Below are positions 49,779-59,328 of a DNA stretch of 64,000 nt, in pieces. The position numbers and the translations under genes are program-made. The notes under the pieces were generated by a model, which saw nothing but the letters and a program-made list of their open reading frames with translations, was not told where the DNA came from and did no database searches. The stretch spans positions 293,514 through 357,513 of the forward strand of contig JBDHZC010000003.1 in NCBI GenBank assembly GCA_039811685.1, read 5' to 3'. Each line of letters starts with the position of its first letter. Position 1 is the stretch's first letter. This DNA comes from Armatimonadota bacterium. Its GTDB lineage: Bacteria; Armatimonadota; UBA5829; DSUL01.

Positions 49779-50777
49779 CTATGGCGTCAGCGCGATCTTC
49801 ACGGCCGCGCCCGGATTCTGGCTTAGACGCTCAAAAACCTGCTGCCCTTTCGAAAGTGGCTCCAGACTGACAAGGTTTTCCACAGCCGGCGCATTTCTCG
49901 CAATCAGATCCAGTGCCGCCTCGAAGTCTTGCGCGGTGTAGCCGTAGGAGCCTCTGATGGTCAGCTCCTTGGTCACAATATCGCGCGCTTCTCCGCCATT
50001 CTCACCGTCGTGCAGCCCGATAGAAACTATCAGCCCTGAGATTCCTGCCATCTGTATCGCAAGCGCCCGAGTTGCCCCCATACCGACACAGTCCACGACG
50101 AGCTCGACGCCGCCTGCTTTGCGAGCGCAGCCTTCACTGTCCCTTGCGTCCAGCGTCTCAGCCGCGCCCAGACTCTTTGCGATTTTCAGACGCTCTGTGT
50201 TGACGTCAGAGACCAGGATATCTTCGCAGCCCACATCCCGCAGCGCCAGAATTACGCACATGCCGATTGTACCCGCGCCAATGACAAAGGCTCTTTTCGC
50301 TTTGCGCGAAGAAGCGATCTGCGCCACGTGAATGCCGTTTGCGAGCGGCTCCGCCATCACTGCAGCCCTGGCTGATACCCCCTCGGGGAGACTGTACAGC
50401 GCCCATTCGGGAGCGCTCACGTACTGCGCAAAAGCCCCGGGCAGATTCATCCCAATCAGTTTGCGGTTCGGGCACAGGTTAGTTTTTCCACTTGCGCAGA
50501 AATCGCACTTGCTGCATCCCAGAAGCGGCAGAACCGCGACTTCCTGCTCAGCTTTGAGCCCTCGAGAGGGCACGTCTCGCGTCAGAGTCCCCACAAACTC
50601 ATGCCCCATGACCAGAGGCGGCTTTCTCCCCCGGCTTCTTCCCAGAAATCCATCTACGTCCGAGCCGCAGACACCGGAGGCGGAGACTTTAAGCACAACG
50701 TCTCCGTCGGAGACTACCGGTTCTGGGTAGTCCTGCATTTCAACCTGACGAATCGCAGTGAAAACAAGGGCTTGCAC
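49779..50777 (-). CDS. Zinc-binding alcohol/sugar-alcohol dehydrogenase (MDR)
   Basis: GVCGSD, GHEF, structural Zn site CSKCDFC......NLC, GAGTIG. Confidence 0.9.
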   Translation of the reverse strand: MQALVFTAIRQVEMQDYPEPVVSDGDVVLKVSASGVCGSDVDGFLGRSRGRKPPLVMGHEFVGTLTRDVPSRGLKAEQEVAVLPLLGCSKCDFCASGKTNLCPNRKLIGMNLPGAFAQYVSAPEWALYSLPEGVSARAAVMAEPLANGIHVAQIASSRKAKRAFVIGAGTIGMCVILALRDVGCEDILVSDVNTERLKIAKSLGAAETLDARDSEGCARKAGGVELVVDCVGMGATRALAIQMAGISGLIVSIGLHDGENGGEARDIVTKELTIRGSYGYTAQDFEAALDLIARNAPAVENLVSLEPLSKGQQVFERLSQNPGAAVKIALTP

Positions 50778-50816
50778 GAAAAAGAGGCTCCTGAAATTGA
50801 TGTATCATGCGAGGAG

Positions 50817-51788
50817 ATGTCGCACTCCAGACTGCACGAAAGACAAGATACACCATTTCTCCACGAACGGGAAGCGCTTCCCTCGCGAAGCTATGGACGC
50901 AAACAGATTCCCATGCCGGTTCTGGGGCTGGGTGGGCAGAGCCTCATCCAACATTCACCCTCTGAAGACGACGCTGTTGCTTTGATTCACCGCGCATTGG
51001 ACCTGGGTGTGCAATATATCGACACGGCGCCTCTCTATGGCCCCAGTGAGGAGCGGATAGGTCGGGCGATCGAGCATCGCCGTGACGACGTTTTTCTGGC
51101 GACAAAGACGGCGTTCCGCAGCGCTTCAGGAGCGCGTAGAAGTCTGGAGAGATCGCTGAAGCGTCTTCGTACGGACTATGTGGACTCTCTTCAGCTTCAC
51201 TGCTTTATGGATCGCTCGGAGATCGGGTTTGTCTTCAGTCGTCGGGGTGTGATGAAGATGCTCGAGCGAGCCAGAGAAGAAGGGATTGTGCGCCACGTCG
51301 GGATCACCGGGCACTACGATCCCGCCGTTCTGAGCGAGCTCTTGCGACGATACCCTTTTGACTCCGTCCTGTGTCCCGTGAACGTGGCCGATCCCGCCAG
51401 GCTCAGCTTCATCGCAGACACCATGCAAGTAGCCCAATGCACGGGCGCGTCTGTGATAGCAATGAAAGTGATGGGAGCCGGATATCTCACGTACAAAGGC
51501 TTGTCTCCAGTTGTGCTACTGCGCTATGCGCTGAGCCTGCCGGTCACGACAGCTATTGTATCCTGTCGATCCATAGCGGATCTTGAAGCCAACGTAAGTG
51601 TCGCAAGCACATTCGACCAGATGGCTGAAGAGGAGATGCTCGCTGCGCAGAGTGTGTCTGAAGGGCTGATTTCGGAGTGCAACGCTATCTACAAGCGCGT
51701 CCCCGGCTGGAGTGGTCTGCGCGTGCGGATCAGAAACCGGCTGCTGGCTGAAGCCTCCAAGTGGCTGCCTGGCTGGTGGCATTGTTGA
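50817..51788 (+). CDS. Aldo/keto reductase
   Basis: LGLGG, IDTAPLYG.SE, FLATK, SLKRLRTDYVD.LQLH, GITGH, IAMK. Start ATG 50817 after GAGGAG (50912 alternative). Confidence 0.9.
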   Translation: MSHSRLHERQDTPFLHEREALPSRSYGRKQIPMPVLGLGGQSLIQHSPSEDDAVALIHRALDLGVQYIDTAPLYGPSEERIGRAIEHRRDDVFLATKTAFRSASGARRSLERSLKRLRTDYVDSLQLHCFMDRSEIGFVFSRRGVMKMLERAREEGIVRHVGITGHYDPAVLSELLRRYPFDSVLCPVNVADPARLSFIADTMQVAQCTGASVIAMKVMGAGYLTYKGLSPVVLLRYALSLPVTTAIVSCRSIADLEANVSVASTFDQMAEEEMLAAQSVSEGLISECNAIYKRVPGWSGLRVRIRNRLLAEASKWLPGWWHC

Positions 51789-51899
51789 CTCTCTGATCGT
51801 CGTATCAACGTCTCACACGCAACCGCACTCGGCAACCCATCTTTCGCAAAGGGTTTTGCTAACGGGCCGCAGACCTGGCGATCCGCGGCCCGCAGTTGG

Positions 51900-52787
51900 C
51901 TAAACTTCCGGTGCTGGGGGCGGCTCTGGTGAGCCAGTATCTTCTGGAGGCGCCGGAGGCGCTTCAACAGGTGGTGCGGCCGGAGGGGCCGGTGGCGTCA
52001 TTGGCTGCACGGGTGGAGGTGGGGTATAGGTCGGTGGCGCGGCGGCTGCTATAGACGCACCTCCCAGGAAATTATCCCGGTAGATAACCGCTATAGACAG
52101 CAACCCGAGCGGAATTGTCACGAGCAGCCCGAGCCCGCACGGAATAGCGCCTATACCAATGATGATATAGACTACGAGAAAGAACAGAGTAGCCATCAGC
52201 CACTCACTCTTCAGCGTGTCGAAGCTCATGCTGAGCGATTCCATCGCGCCGGCCCGGTGGTCCACAATCAAAGGGATCGCAAGCATCAGCAGCCCGCCGG
52301 CCACCAGCCCTGGGACGACACACAGGTAGCTGCCGATTGTCGTGATGATCCCGATGACGATTGATGCGCCAATTACGGCGGGCAGCACGTCAAGCGCACT
52401 CGTGATGTCCCCAATTGCGATAGGCTCACCCTTGATCTGCTTGATGGCCATCTTGATAAGGCCGGCAAGCAACAATTGGACCAGCACATACATCAGCAGT
52501 CCAGCGATAATACCTGTGAAGGAGAACATTGCGAAAAACGGAGAGGCGCTCCGTCCTGTTTCTCCCATGGATGGCACATGGGCAGCCCCAACCATCGCGC
52601 CTACCATAACGACCATCACAAGAAAATAGATAATCGCGATAGCTACGCCCACAATGAGCGCCGACAACACCCATGTACTGGCCTGCTGTTGAAACAGCGC
52701 CCACGCTTCGCTGATAGCTTCAAATCGCACGCGCTGCTGGGGCGCGTAGCCCCCTCCCGCTGGGGGAGGTCCTCCCACAACTGCCAT
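51900..52787 (-). CDS. Integral membrane protein with Pro-rich termini
   Basis: AGGAGG RBS; EAISEAW.LF; several TM helices; Pro-rich C-terminal tail. Confidence 0.7.
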   Translation of the reverse strand: MAVVGGPPPAGGGYAPQQRVRFEAISEAWALFQQQASTWVLSALIVGVAIAIIYFLVMVVMVGAMVGAAHVPSMGETGRSASPFFAMFSFTGIIAGLLMYVLVQLLLAGLIKMAIKQIKGEPIAIGDITSALDVLPAVIGASIVIGIITTIGSYLCVVPGLVAGGLLMLAIPLIVDHRAGAMESLSMSFDTLKSEWLMATLFFLVVYIIIGIGAIPCGLGLLVTIPLGLLSIAVIYRDNFLGGASIAAAAPPTYTPPPPVQPMTPPAPPAAPPVEAPPAPPEDTGSPEPPPAPEV

Positions 52788-53066
52788 ACGGATTCCTCCT
52801 TGCATATCCTCTGCGCGTTTTCGTGCGCAGTTGGCCGGGCAGAGGCGGCCTTCCATTGTGCCGCCTGCTTCCTTGGCTGAAAAAGTTCGCGTTTCTTGAC
52901 TTTCTTTCCTTCGTTTGGCGTAACTTATGATTGGCGCAAGGCCGGATGTGAGCTCATCAACCAGGAAAGACCAGTCCAGCTCTCCGCGTTTCTCACAAGA
53001 AGATGCGCAACAATCTTATTCGTGGAGTAATGAGAGAGAACGTAGATGGAGACGCCCGGGGACTTC

Positions 53067-54425
53067 CTACAGCAACGCCATGTCAAGGATCTGGATAGGG
53101 TGTAGCGCACTCGTGGCGCTTTGGTCAGCTTCCAGGCCAGAAGCGATCCACATCTGACAGCCCGGGTTGCCCGTAGCCACCACTTCGGCGGCAGTTGCGT
53201 ACACATTCTTGAGCTTGCGCTGCTGAAGGCGCGCTGCCATCTCCGGCTGGGTGAACGTGTAAACTCCGGCGCTCCCGCAGCAGTGATCACTTTCGTTGAG
53301 AGGAATCAGCTTCAATCCAGGGATAGCCGAAAGCATGTCGCGCGGCTCAGAGCGCACTTTTTGCGCATGCGCCAGGTGACACGCGTCGTGGTAGGTGACG
53401 CTCATTTTCAGTGTGCGCATCCTGGCCCCCGGTAGCAGCTCGACGATAACCTCAGAGACATCCCTGACTTTTTTCGTGAAGCGCAACGCTCGCGCGTACT
53501 CTTCTGTGCCTTTTTTGAAAAGATGGTGGTACTCGCGCATGGTCGAGCCACACCCTGCGGAATTGACGGCGATCAGGTCGCAGTTTGCGTCCTCGAAGGC
53601 TTCGATGTTGCGTATGGCCATCTTTGCCGCAGCGTCTTCCATGCCGTTGTGCGCATGCAAGGCGCCGCAGCAGCCCTGCATCTTCGGCGTCACCACTTCG
53701 CAGCCCAGTTTCTGAAAGACGCGCACTGTGGCCGCATTCACATCGTGGAACAGAACGGGCATAACACAGCCTTCCAGCATTCCTATGCGCAGCCTTTTCC
53801 TGCCTCTTGCCGGAGCGTACTCCGGCACGCGCACCGGCACAAGCGGAGGAAAACGTGTCAGGTGCAGATTGTTAGCTTTGCCGTGCGCGCCAATCAGATG
53901 GCCGAGGATTCCGCCCGGCGCCTGTGGCCGCTTGCCTAGAAGACGGGACGGTAGAGTCGCAAAGAACATCGAGATGGCCATGGCGCTCGGATTAGTCAGC
54001 ATCGCCAGAAGAAGGCTGCGTCCGATGCGGGTGAGAAGCGGGCGCCGGGCAGATCGCTCCACGTGGGCGCGGGTGCGCTCCAGCAAGAACCCGTACTGCA
54101 CACCCGAGGGGCAGGCGGTCTCGCAGGCGCGGCATCCCAGGCAGTAGTCCCAGTGCGAGAGCATAGTATTGTCAAGGGGAGCGCGTCCCTCAGCCACACT
54201 GCGCATCAGATAGATGCGCCCACGCGGAGAATCTTCTTCTCTATTAATCTCGACGTATGTGGGGCAGCTCTCCAGACACAGCCCGCAGTGAATGCAGGTG
54301 ACGAGCTGATCTGTCAGGGCGGACAGCGCTATTTCATCCGCAGAAGCGCCGTTGCGGGAGAAAGCGGTGGCACTTGCCGGATCTGTGCCTGAAGCCCGCG
54401 CTAGCTCTGAATCAGGGCGTTTCAT
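53067..54425 (-). CDS. glcF: Glycolate oxidase iron-sulfur subunit
   Basis: CIHCGLCLESCPTY, SPRGRI, CLGCRACETACPSGV, two CCG domains, YHDACHL. Confidence 0.9.
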   Translation of the reverse strand: MKRPDSELARASGTDPASATAFSRNGASADEIALSALTDQLVTCIHCGLCLESCPTYVEINREEDSPRGRIYLMRSVAEGRAPLDNTMLSHWDYCLGCRACETACPSGVQYGFLLERTRAHVERSARRPLLTRIGRSLLLAMLTNPSAMAISMFFATLPSRLLGKRPQAPGGILGHLIGAHGKANNLHLTRFPPLVPVRVPEYAPARGRKRLRIGMLEGCVMPVLFHDVNAATVRVFQKLGCEVVTPKMQGCCGALHAHNGMEDAAAKMAIRNIEAFEDANCDLIAVNSAGCGSTMREYHHLFKKGTEEYARALRFTKKVRDVSEVIVELLPGARMRTLKMSVTYHDACHLAHAQKVRSEPRDMLSAIPGLKLIPLNESDHCCGSAGVYTFTQPEMAARLQQRKLKNVYATAAEVVATGNPGCQMWIASGLEADQSATSALHPIQILDMALL

Positions 54426-55747
54426 ATCCCGCCGACGAACCTTCCGGACGCAAATACTCCCGAGGGATCAAGCTGCTGCTTGATAGTACGCATCACGTCC
54501 AGTCCACCAATTTCTCCGATCCAGGTCTCGGAGGCTGGCGCCCCCTGACTGGAAAAAGCCTGCAGTGAAATCCCTCTGCCACGCCCTGTGCGCTCTGAGA
54601 GTGTTTGAGTCAAGGCGGCATGCGCCTCCTGCGGGCACTCCTCGCATGCCGCGCGCACAATGCCGTTGCCCGCGCTTGCGATCACCCGCGGCACAAAGCC
54701 GCGGTCCTGCAGCAGTCCTTCGGTATATTGCGCCAGAACCGGAACGTCCGAAGACAGAGCTCGAAAGATGAATAAGCTGCCTCCGGCGCGCGTCACTTCG
54801 ACATCCGCAAGGGCACGGTGCATTTCACCGTTCCACTCAAAATCTGTCTGACTGACCTCTTCTGCTCCGTTGTCTTCCGCCAGCTTTTCGAACGCATCAA
54901 GCTGGAATTCCACTTGCTGTCGAGTGCCGTCAAACGCAGTCAGCAGATAGTAGGGTGCACTGGCTGATGTATCGGCGTTTATTTCGAATGCTGCAGCGCG
55001 GTTGAAAACTTCAATACACCGCGGCTGGAGGCTTGACCCCATTATCGCTGCGGTCAGGTGGTCGGCGCGGTCAAAGGAACTCATCGCAGCAACCGCCGCC
55101 ACGGAACATTCCAGCGCCGGGCTCAGCTTGAAAACAGTCTCCACGATGACGCCAAGTGTGCCCAGACTGCCGGTGTACAGCTTGCACATGTCGTAGCCAG
55201 CGACGTTTTTTACAACCTTTCCGCCAGCCTTGACGATATCACCATCAGCGTTCACGACACTCACGCCAATTACGCAGTCGCGAGGAGTGCCATTTGCAAA
55301 ACGGGCGGGGCCGGAAGCCCGGGTGGCTACAATCCCACCCAGGGTTGAGGTGTCAAACCGGGGAGGGTCCAGTGGCAGAAGGTGGTTGTTCGCCGCCAGT
55401 ATCTGCCGGGTCTCCAATCCCTGCAACCCGGCCTCGGCGGCAAAGACAAGGTTCTCCTTCTGATAATCGGTGACCCTGCGCAAATGCGTGGTTACGAGCG
55501 CTACATCGTACCGATCAGGGGTGGCACAGCGGTCTGCCTTGGTGTGAGCGCCGGTGGGTATGACACTCAGACCGTCGGTATTACAGGCGCGCACAACCTC
55601 CTGCACCTCTTCCACGGATGCGGGGTACACTGCGCCGACTGCGGCGGCGGTACCGGCGATACTGTGTTTCTCCGCCTCGCCTGCTCCGATACAGTTCTCC
55701 GCGCCGACTATGCCGGCCAATGTCTTGAGCGTCGCATCAGTTGACAT
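54422..55747 (-). CDS. glcE: Glycolate oxidase FAD-binding subunit
   Basis: LPLDPP, STLGGIVAT..SGP, GGKVVKNVAGYDMCKL..GSLGTLG, IKQQLDP. ATG 55747 overlaps the glcD stop. Confidence 0.87.
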   Translation of the reverse strand: MSTDATLKTLAGIVGAENCIGAGEAEKHSIAGTAAAVGAVYPASVEEVQEVVRACNTDGLSVIPTGAHTKADRCATPDRYDVALVTTHLRRVTDYQKENLVFAAEAGLQGLETRQILAANNHLLPLDPPRFDTSTLGGIVATRASGPARFANGTPRDCVIGVSVVNADGDIVKAGGKVVKNVAGYDMCKLYTGSLGTLGVIVETVFKLSPALECSVAAVAAMSSFDRADHLTAAIMGSSLQPRCIEVFNRAAAFEINADTSASAPYYLLTAFDGTRQQVEFQLDAFEKLAEDNGAEEVSQTDFEWNGEMHRALADVEVTRAGGSLFIFRALSSDVPVLAQYTEGLLQDRGFVPRVIASAGNGIVRAACEECPQEAHAALTQTLSERTGRGRGISLQAFSSQGAPASETWIGEIGGLDVMRTIKQQLDPSGVFASGRFVGGI

Positions 55748-57210
55748 CAGTGAACGCCTCGTTTGGCCAGAAGCAACTCGACGCAGCCCTTGGCCGTCGG
55801 CAGTACCTTGTGCGGGTTGCAAAGGCTTTCCGGGTTGAACGCCAGACGCACGCGGGACATCGCGTCAAGGTCAACGGGTGAAAAGATCAGACTCATATAG
55901 TCCATCTTCTCGACTCCGACTCCGTGCTCCCCGGTGATCGTTCCGCCGACGTCCACACAGACTTTGAGGATTTCACCTCCGCACTCCAGCACCCGTCGCA
56001 CCTGGTCCGGATCGCGGTCGTCGTAAAGCAGAATCGGATGGAGATTGCCGTCGCCTGCGTGAAAGACGTTTGCCAGGCGCAGGCCAAAAGAGTCCGCTAT
56101 TTCTCCGGTGCGTGTCAGCACCTCTGGCAGCTTGCTGCGCGGAATGACACCGTCCTGCGTGCAGTTGCTTGGAGCCAGACGTCCAAGCGCTCCCACAGCT
56201 TTCTTTCGGGCCATCCACAATAACGCGCGCTGCTTCTCATCTTCAGCGACCCGCACTTCTCGCGCCTTGTTGCGAGTGCAAATGTCCTCCACGCGCTTCC
56301 CGATCTCCGAAAGCCCTGCGCGTATGCCGTCCAGCTCAATAATCAGCACAGCCTGAGCATCCATTGGGAAGCCAAACTTGAAGGCGGCCTCGACCGCTTC
56401 AATCACCGTCGCATCCATCAGTTCCAGCGCGGCAGGGACGATTCCACTTGCGATGATGTCAGATACGCAGTGCGTCGCGTTGTCCAGCGTCTCAAATACC
56501 GCCAGAGCAGTGTGTTTGGCTTCGGGAACGGGAGTCAGGCGCACTGTGACTTCAGTAATAATGCCGAACGTCCCTTCGCTACCCGTGATCAGGCCAGGCA
56601 GGTCGTAGCCAAGCGGCTCATCTGTTTCACCGGAGATGTCCAGAATCTCGCCGCTCGGCAAGACCATTCGCAGCCCGAGCAGGTGGTTGGTTGTGACGCC
56701 GTACTTCAGCGTGTGTGGACCGCCGGCATTCTCCGCGACATTGCCTCCCAGAGTGCAGACTACCTGGCTGGAAGGGTCGGGAGCGTAGTGGTAGTTCTCG
56801 TCAGCAACGTGTTGCGTCAACTTCAGATTGACAACACCCGCCTCTGCGGTTGCGCGCCGGTTTCTGTAGTCCACAGACAGGACCCGGCGCATACGCGTCA
56901 GCGAGATCATTACGCCGCCCGGTCGCACGAGAGCCCCGCCAGAAAGCCCTGTGCCTGCGCCGCGCGCCACAAACGGTACGCTCTCACGATTGCAGAACCG
57001 CACGATCTTCTGGACTTCTTCAGTGGAGGACGGGTACGTGACTGCGGCAGGCCGCTGTTTGGCCATTGTGAAGGCGTCGGCCTCATACACCATGCGCTCG
57101 GCGGTCATCCGGGCGACTTTGTCCTCGCCGATGATCTCAGCGAGCCTCCGAGTTATCTCCTCGGCCTGAAGTTGGGACGCTTCGACTTCCACGACTCGAT
57201 TATAGGACAT
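55747..57210 (-). CDS. glcD: Glycolate oxidase FAD-linked subunit
   Basis: RGAGTGLSGG, PDPSS, GGNVAENAGG, KYGVT, HAGDGNLHP, GEHGVGVEK. Confidence 0.92.
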   Translation of the reverse strand: MSYNRVVEVEASQLQAEEITRRLAEIIGEDKVARMTAERMVYEADAFTMAKQRPAAVTYPSSTEEVQKIVRFCNRESVPFVARGAGTGLSGGALVRPGGVMISLTRMRRVLSVDYRNRRATAEAGVVNLKLTQHVADENYHYAPDPSSQVVCTLGGNVAENAGGPHTLKYGVTTNHLLGLRMVLPSGEILDISGETDEPLGYDLPGLITGSEGTFGIITEVTVRLTPVPEAKHTALAVFETLDNATHCVSDIIASGIVPAALELMDATVIEAVEAAFKFGFPMDAQAVLIIELDGIRAGLSEIGKRVEDICTRNKAREVRVAEDEKQRALLWMARKKAVGALGRLAPSNCTQDGVIPRSKLPEVLTRTGEIADSFGLRLANVFHAGDGNLHPILLYDDRDPDQVRRVLECGGEILKVCVDVGGTITGEHGVGVEKMDYMSLIFSPVDLDAMSRVRLAFNPESLCNPHKVLPTAKGCVELLLAKRGVH

Positions 57211-57237
57211 CCGAGCTTGCGAAGCAATTGACGCCCG

Positions 57238-57957
57238 CTAGAGGACACCATCGCGCGGCATAAGGCAGAGTTCGTCAACGGATGCGGAAGGTGGTTGTTT
57301 CAGTATCCAGACTATGGTTTGTGCAACGTCCTGCGCTCTGAGCATGCGTGTGCGGTCGAGATGCGGGGCTATACCCTCCCACAGTGGGGTGTCCGTTGCG
57401 CCGGGCAGAAGCGCGCAGATCCTCACGCCGCGCCTCCGATACTCCGCGCTCAAGGACCGCGTCAAACCGAGCGCGCCAGCTTTTGATGCCGTGTACGCTG
57501 CCGATTCCGGCAGTGCTGTGGTTGCGGCCATTGACAGGACGTTCACAATATCCCCGCCGCCAGCTTCCAGCATGTGGCGGATACTTTCCACGTCACACAG
57601 GTACGTTCCGGTCAGGTTGACTCTGATCTGCAAGTCCCAGTCTTCGTCCGAGGCGCTCAGAGTTTCTCCAAAGCGCGCGACCCCCGCGGCGTTCACCAGA
57701 GCGCTGACCAGCCCAATATCCCGTCGAATTCTCTGAAAGAGCTCTCGCACCTGCGCAGCGTTACTGATGTCCGCGCGCATGGGAATATAGTCGCCACCAA
57801 GGCCGTCTGTGTCCTCCTCAGCGCTCCCTGTTCTTGACACGCCAACTACACATGCGCTTTCTTTCAGTAGCTCCCGAACGGTTTCGCCACCGATGCCGCG
57901 ACTGGCGCCCGTCACAACACAGATGCGCCCGGATAAGCTTGTCTCTGAGAGACTCAG
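57238..57957 (-). CDS. SDR family oxidoreductase, candidate sepiapterin reductase; probable CTG start
   Basis: [34 protein letters not shown]. The track starts at GTG 57915, inside the Rossmann beta-1 strand. Confidence 0.85.
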   Translation of the reverse strand: MSLSETSLSGRICVVTGASRGIGGETVRELLKESACVVGVSRTGSAEEDTDGLGGDYIPMRADISNAAQVRELFQRIRRDIGLVSALVNAAGVARFGETLSASDEDWDLQIRVNLTGTYLCDVESIRHMLEAGGGDIVNVLSMAATTALPESAAYTASKAGALGLTRSLSAEYRRRGVRICALLPGATDTPLWEGIAPHLDRTRMLRAQDVAQTIVWILKQPPSASVDELCLMPRDGVL

Positions 57958-58505
57958 TTTCTGGCCACCTGTAGAATCTCGAAGAGCTCCATTCTGGTCT
58001 TCTCATCGTCGTGGAACTCACCAGATGCAGCGCTTGTCACCATATAGCTGTTTTGCTTCTGCACTCCGCGCGCCATCATACACAAATGGTGCGCCTCCAT
58101 CACAACCACGACGCCAGCCGGTTCAATGGCGCTCTCCAGCGCTTCAGCGATCTGATCTGTCAGCCGCTCCTGCACCTGCAGGCGCCGGGCAAACATATCG
58201 ACGATCCTGGCAATCTTGCTCAGGCCGATTATCTTGCCTTTGGGAATGTAGGCCACGTGCGCTTTGCCAAAAAACGGCAGTAGATGGTGCTCGCAAAGAC
58301 TGTAGAACTCGATGTCCTTGACGATGATCATGCTCTGGTAGTCTTCTGTGAAGACAGCCCCGTTCAGGATCTCCTTCAAATCCTGCTGATAGCCACTGGT
58401 GAGAAACTTGAAGGCTTTCGCTGCTCGCGCTGGTGTCTTTATCAGTCCTTCGCGGGACGGGTCCTCGCCGATCTGTTCAATAAGTGCTTTGTACAGGTTT
58501 TCCAA
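57954..58505 (-). CDS. folE: GTP cyclohydrolase I
   Basis: [51 protein letters not shown]. Start TTG 58505 (track gives TTG 58532). Confidence 0.95.
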   Translation of the reverse strand: MENLYKALIEQIGEDPSREGLIKTPARAAKAFKFLTSGYQQDLKEILNGAVFTEDYQSMIIVKDIEFYSLCEHHLLPFFGKAHVAYIPKGKIIGLSKIARIVDMFARRLQVQERLTDQIAEALESAIEPAGVVVVMEAHHLCMMARGVQKQNSYMVTSAASGEFHDDEKTRMELFEILQVARN

Positions 58506-58509
58506 GTTC

Positions 58510-59328
58510 TCAGTCTTCTCCCATATAGTCAAAATAGTTCAGCTCGGTTTCCCTGATGCGGACGCGGTACAACGCGTCTTTCAGGCGAGGCTGCAAGAGC
58601 TTCCACGCAATTATCGCGACGTTTTCAGACGTCGGATTGAGCCCTTCCAGCTCCGGCACATCGAGATTCAGATGCTTGTGATCGAGCCGGCTCATCACCT
58701 CATCCTCCACGGCCCGATCTATCTCTGAGATGTCGCAAGCCATGCCCGTCGTCTCATCTACCTTTCCGCGGACAGTCACTTCAATCAGATAGTTGTGCCC
58801 GTGGCCGTTCGGATTGTTGCACTTCCCGAAAACCTCGATGTTCTCTTCATCGCTGAGCAAAGCGCTGTGCAGCCTGTGAGCCGCTGAAAACTCATACGAA
58901 CGTGTGACCAGCACGTAACCCTCCTCGTCTCCGTGATACTCAGACCAGAGACAGTCCGTCTCCTGCACGCGCACGCCCGTCAGCTTTGCCTGCAGGAGCT
59001 TGTCCTCGCATTCATTCCAGATCCACCGGGCGAGATTTTCTGTCGTTGGCAACCCCCAGGCAACGTGCGGATGATCCTGTTCCAGAAACGACTCGTTGAG
59101 CGGGCATAGCACTTCTTTCATCAGGCCGTCAATCTCTGTGATGTTGACCACCATTCCGGTGCGCTCGTTCGGCGAGCCCGCATAAGTCAGGTCGATCGTG
59201 TAGTTGTGGCCGTGAATTGCCCCTGCGCGCCGCACTCCGGATCGCCCTTCGCCGACTGAGTTTGCCGGCAGATTCTGGTAGCTGTGGGCGGCGCTGATCT
59301 TCATTCTCCTGCTGATAAAAACTGTCAT
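58510..59328 (-). CDS. Tandem-domain 6-pyruvoyl-tetrahydropterin synthase (PTPS-II type)
   Basis: Two T-fold repeats. The C-terminal one has [30 protein letters not shown] and NPTSEN; the N-terminal one has SAAH...AIHGHNY and PTTEN. ATGA overlap with the upstream permease. Confidence 0.9.
   Translation of the reverse strand: MTVFISRRMKISAAHSYQNLPANSVGEGRSGVRRAGAIHGHNYTIDLTYAGSPNERTGMVVNITEIDGLMKEVLCPLNESFLEQDHPHVAWGLPTTENLARWIWNECEDKLLQAKLTGVRVQETDCLWSEYHGDEEGYVLVTRSYEFSAAHRLHSALLSDEENIEVFGKCNNPNGHGHNYLIEVTVRGKVDETTGMACDISEIDRAVEDEVMSRLDHKHLNLDVPELEGLNPTSENVAIIAWKLLQPRLKDALYRVRIRETELNYFDYMGED

Noticed and set aside
51863..51892. CGGGCCGC...GCGGCCCG hairpin between convergent genes as an intrinsic terminator
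   Set aside because: The stem is real but short, with no clear U-tract on either strand, so there is too little support to call it.
51905..52045. GG-rich quasi-repeats
   Set aside because: Explained by proline codons in the membrane protein tail; not a DNA repeat or CRISPR array.
58510..59328. queD (queuosine) assignment
   Set aside because: The motif is CX5HGH rather than CX3HGH, and no queC, queE or queF is adjacent.
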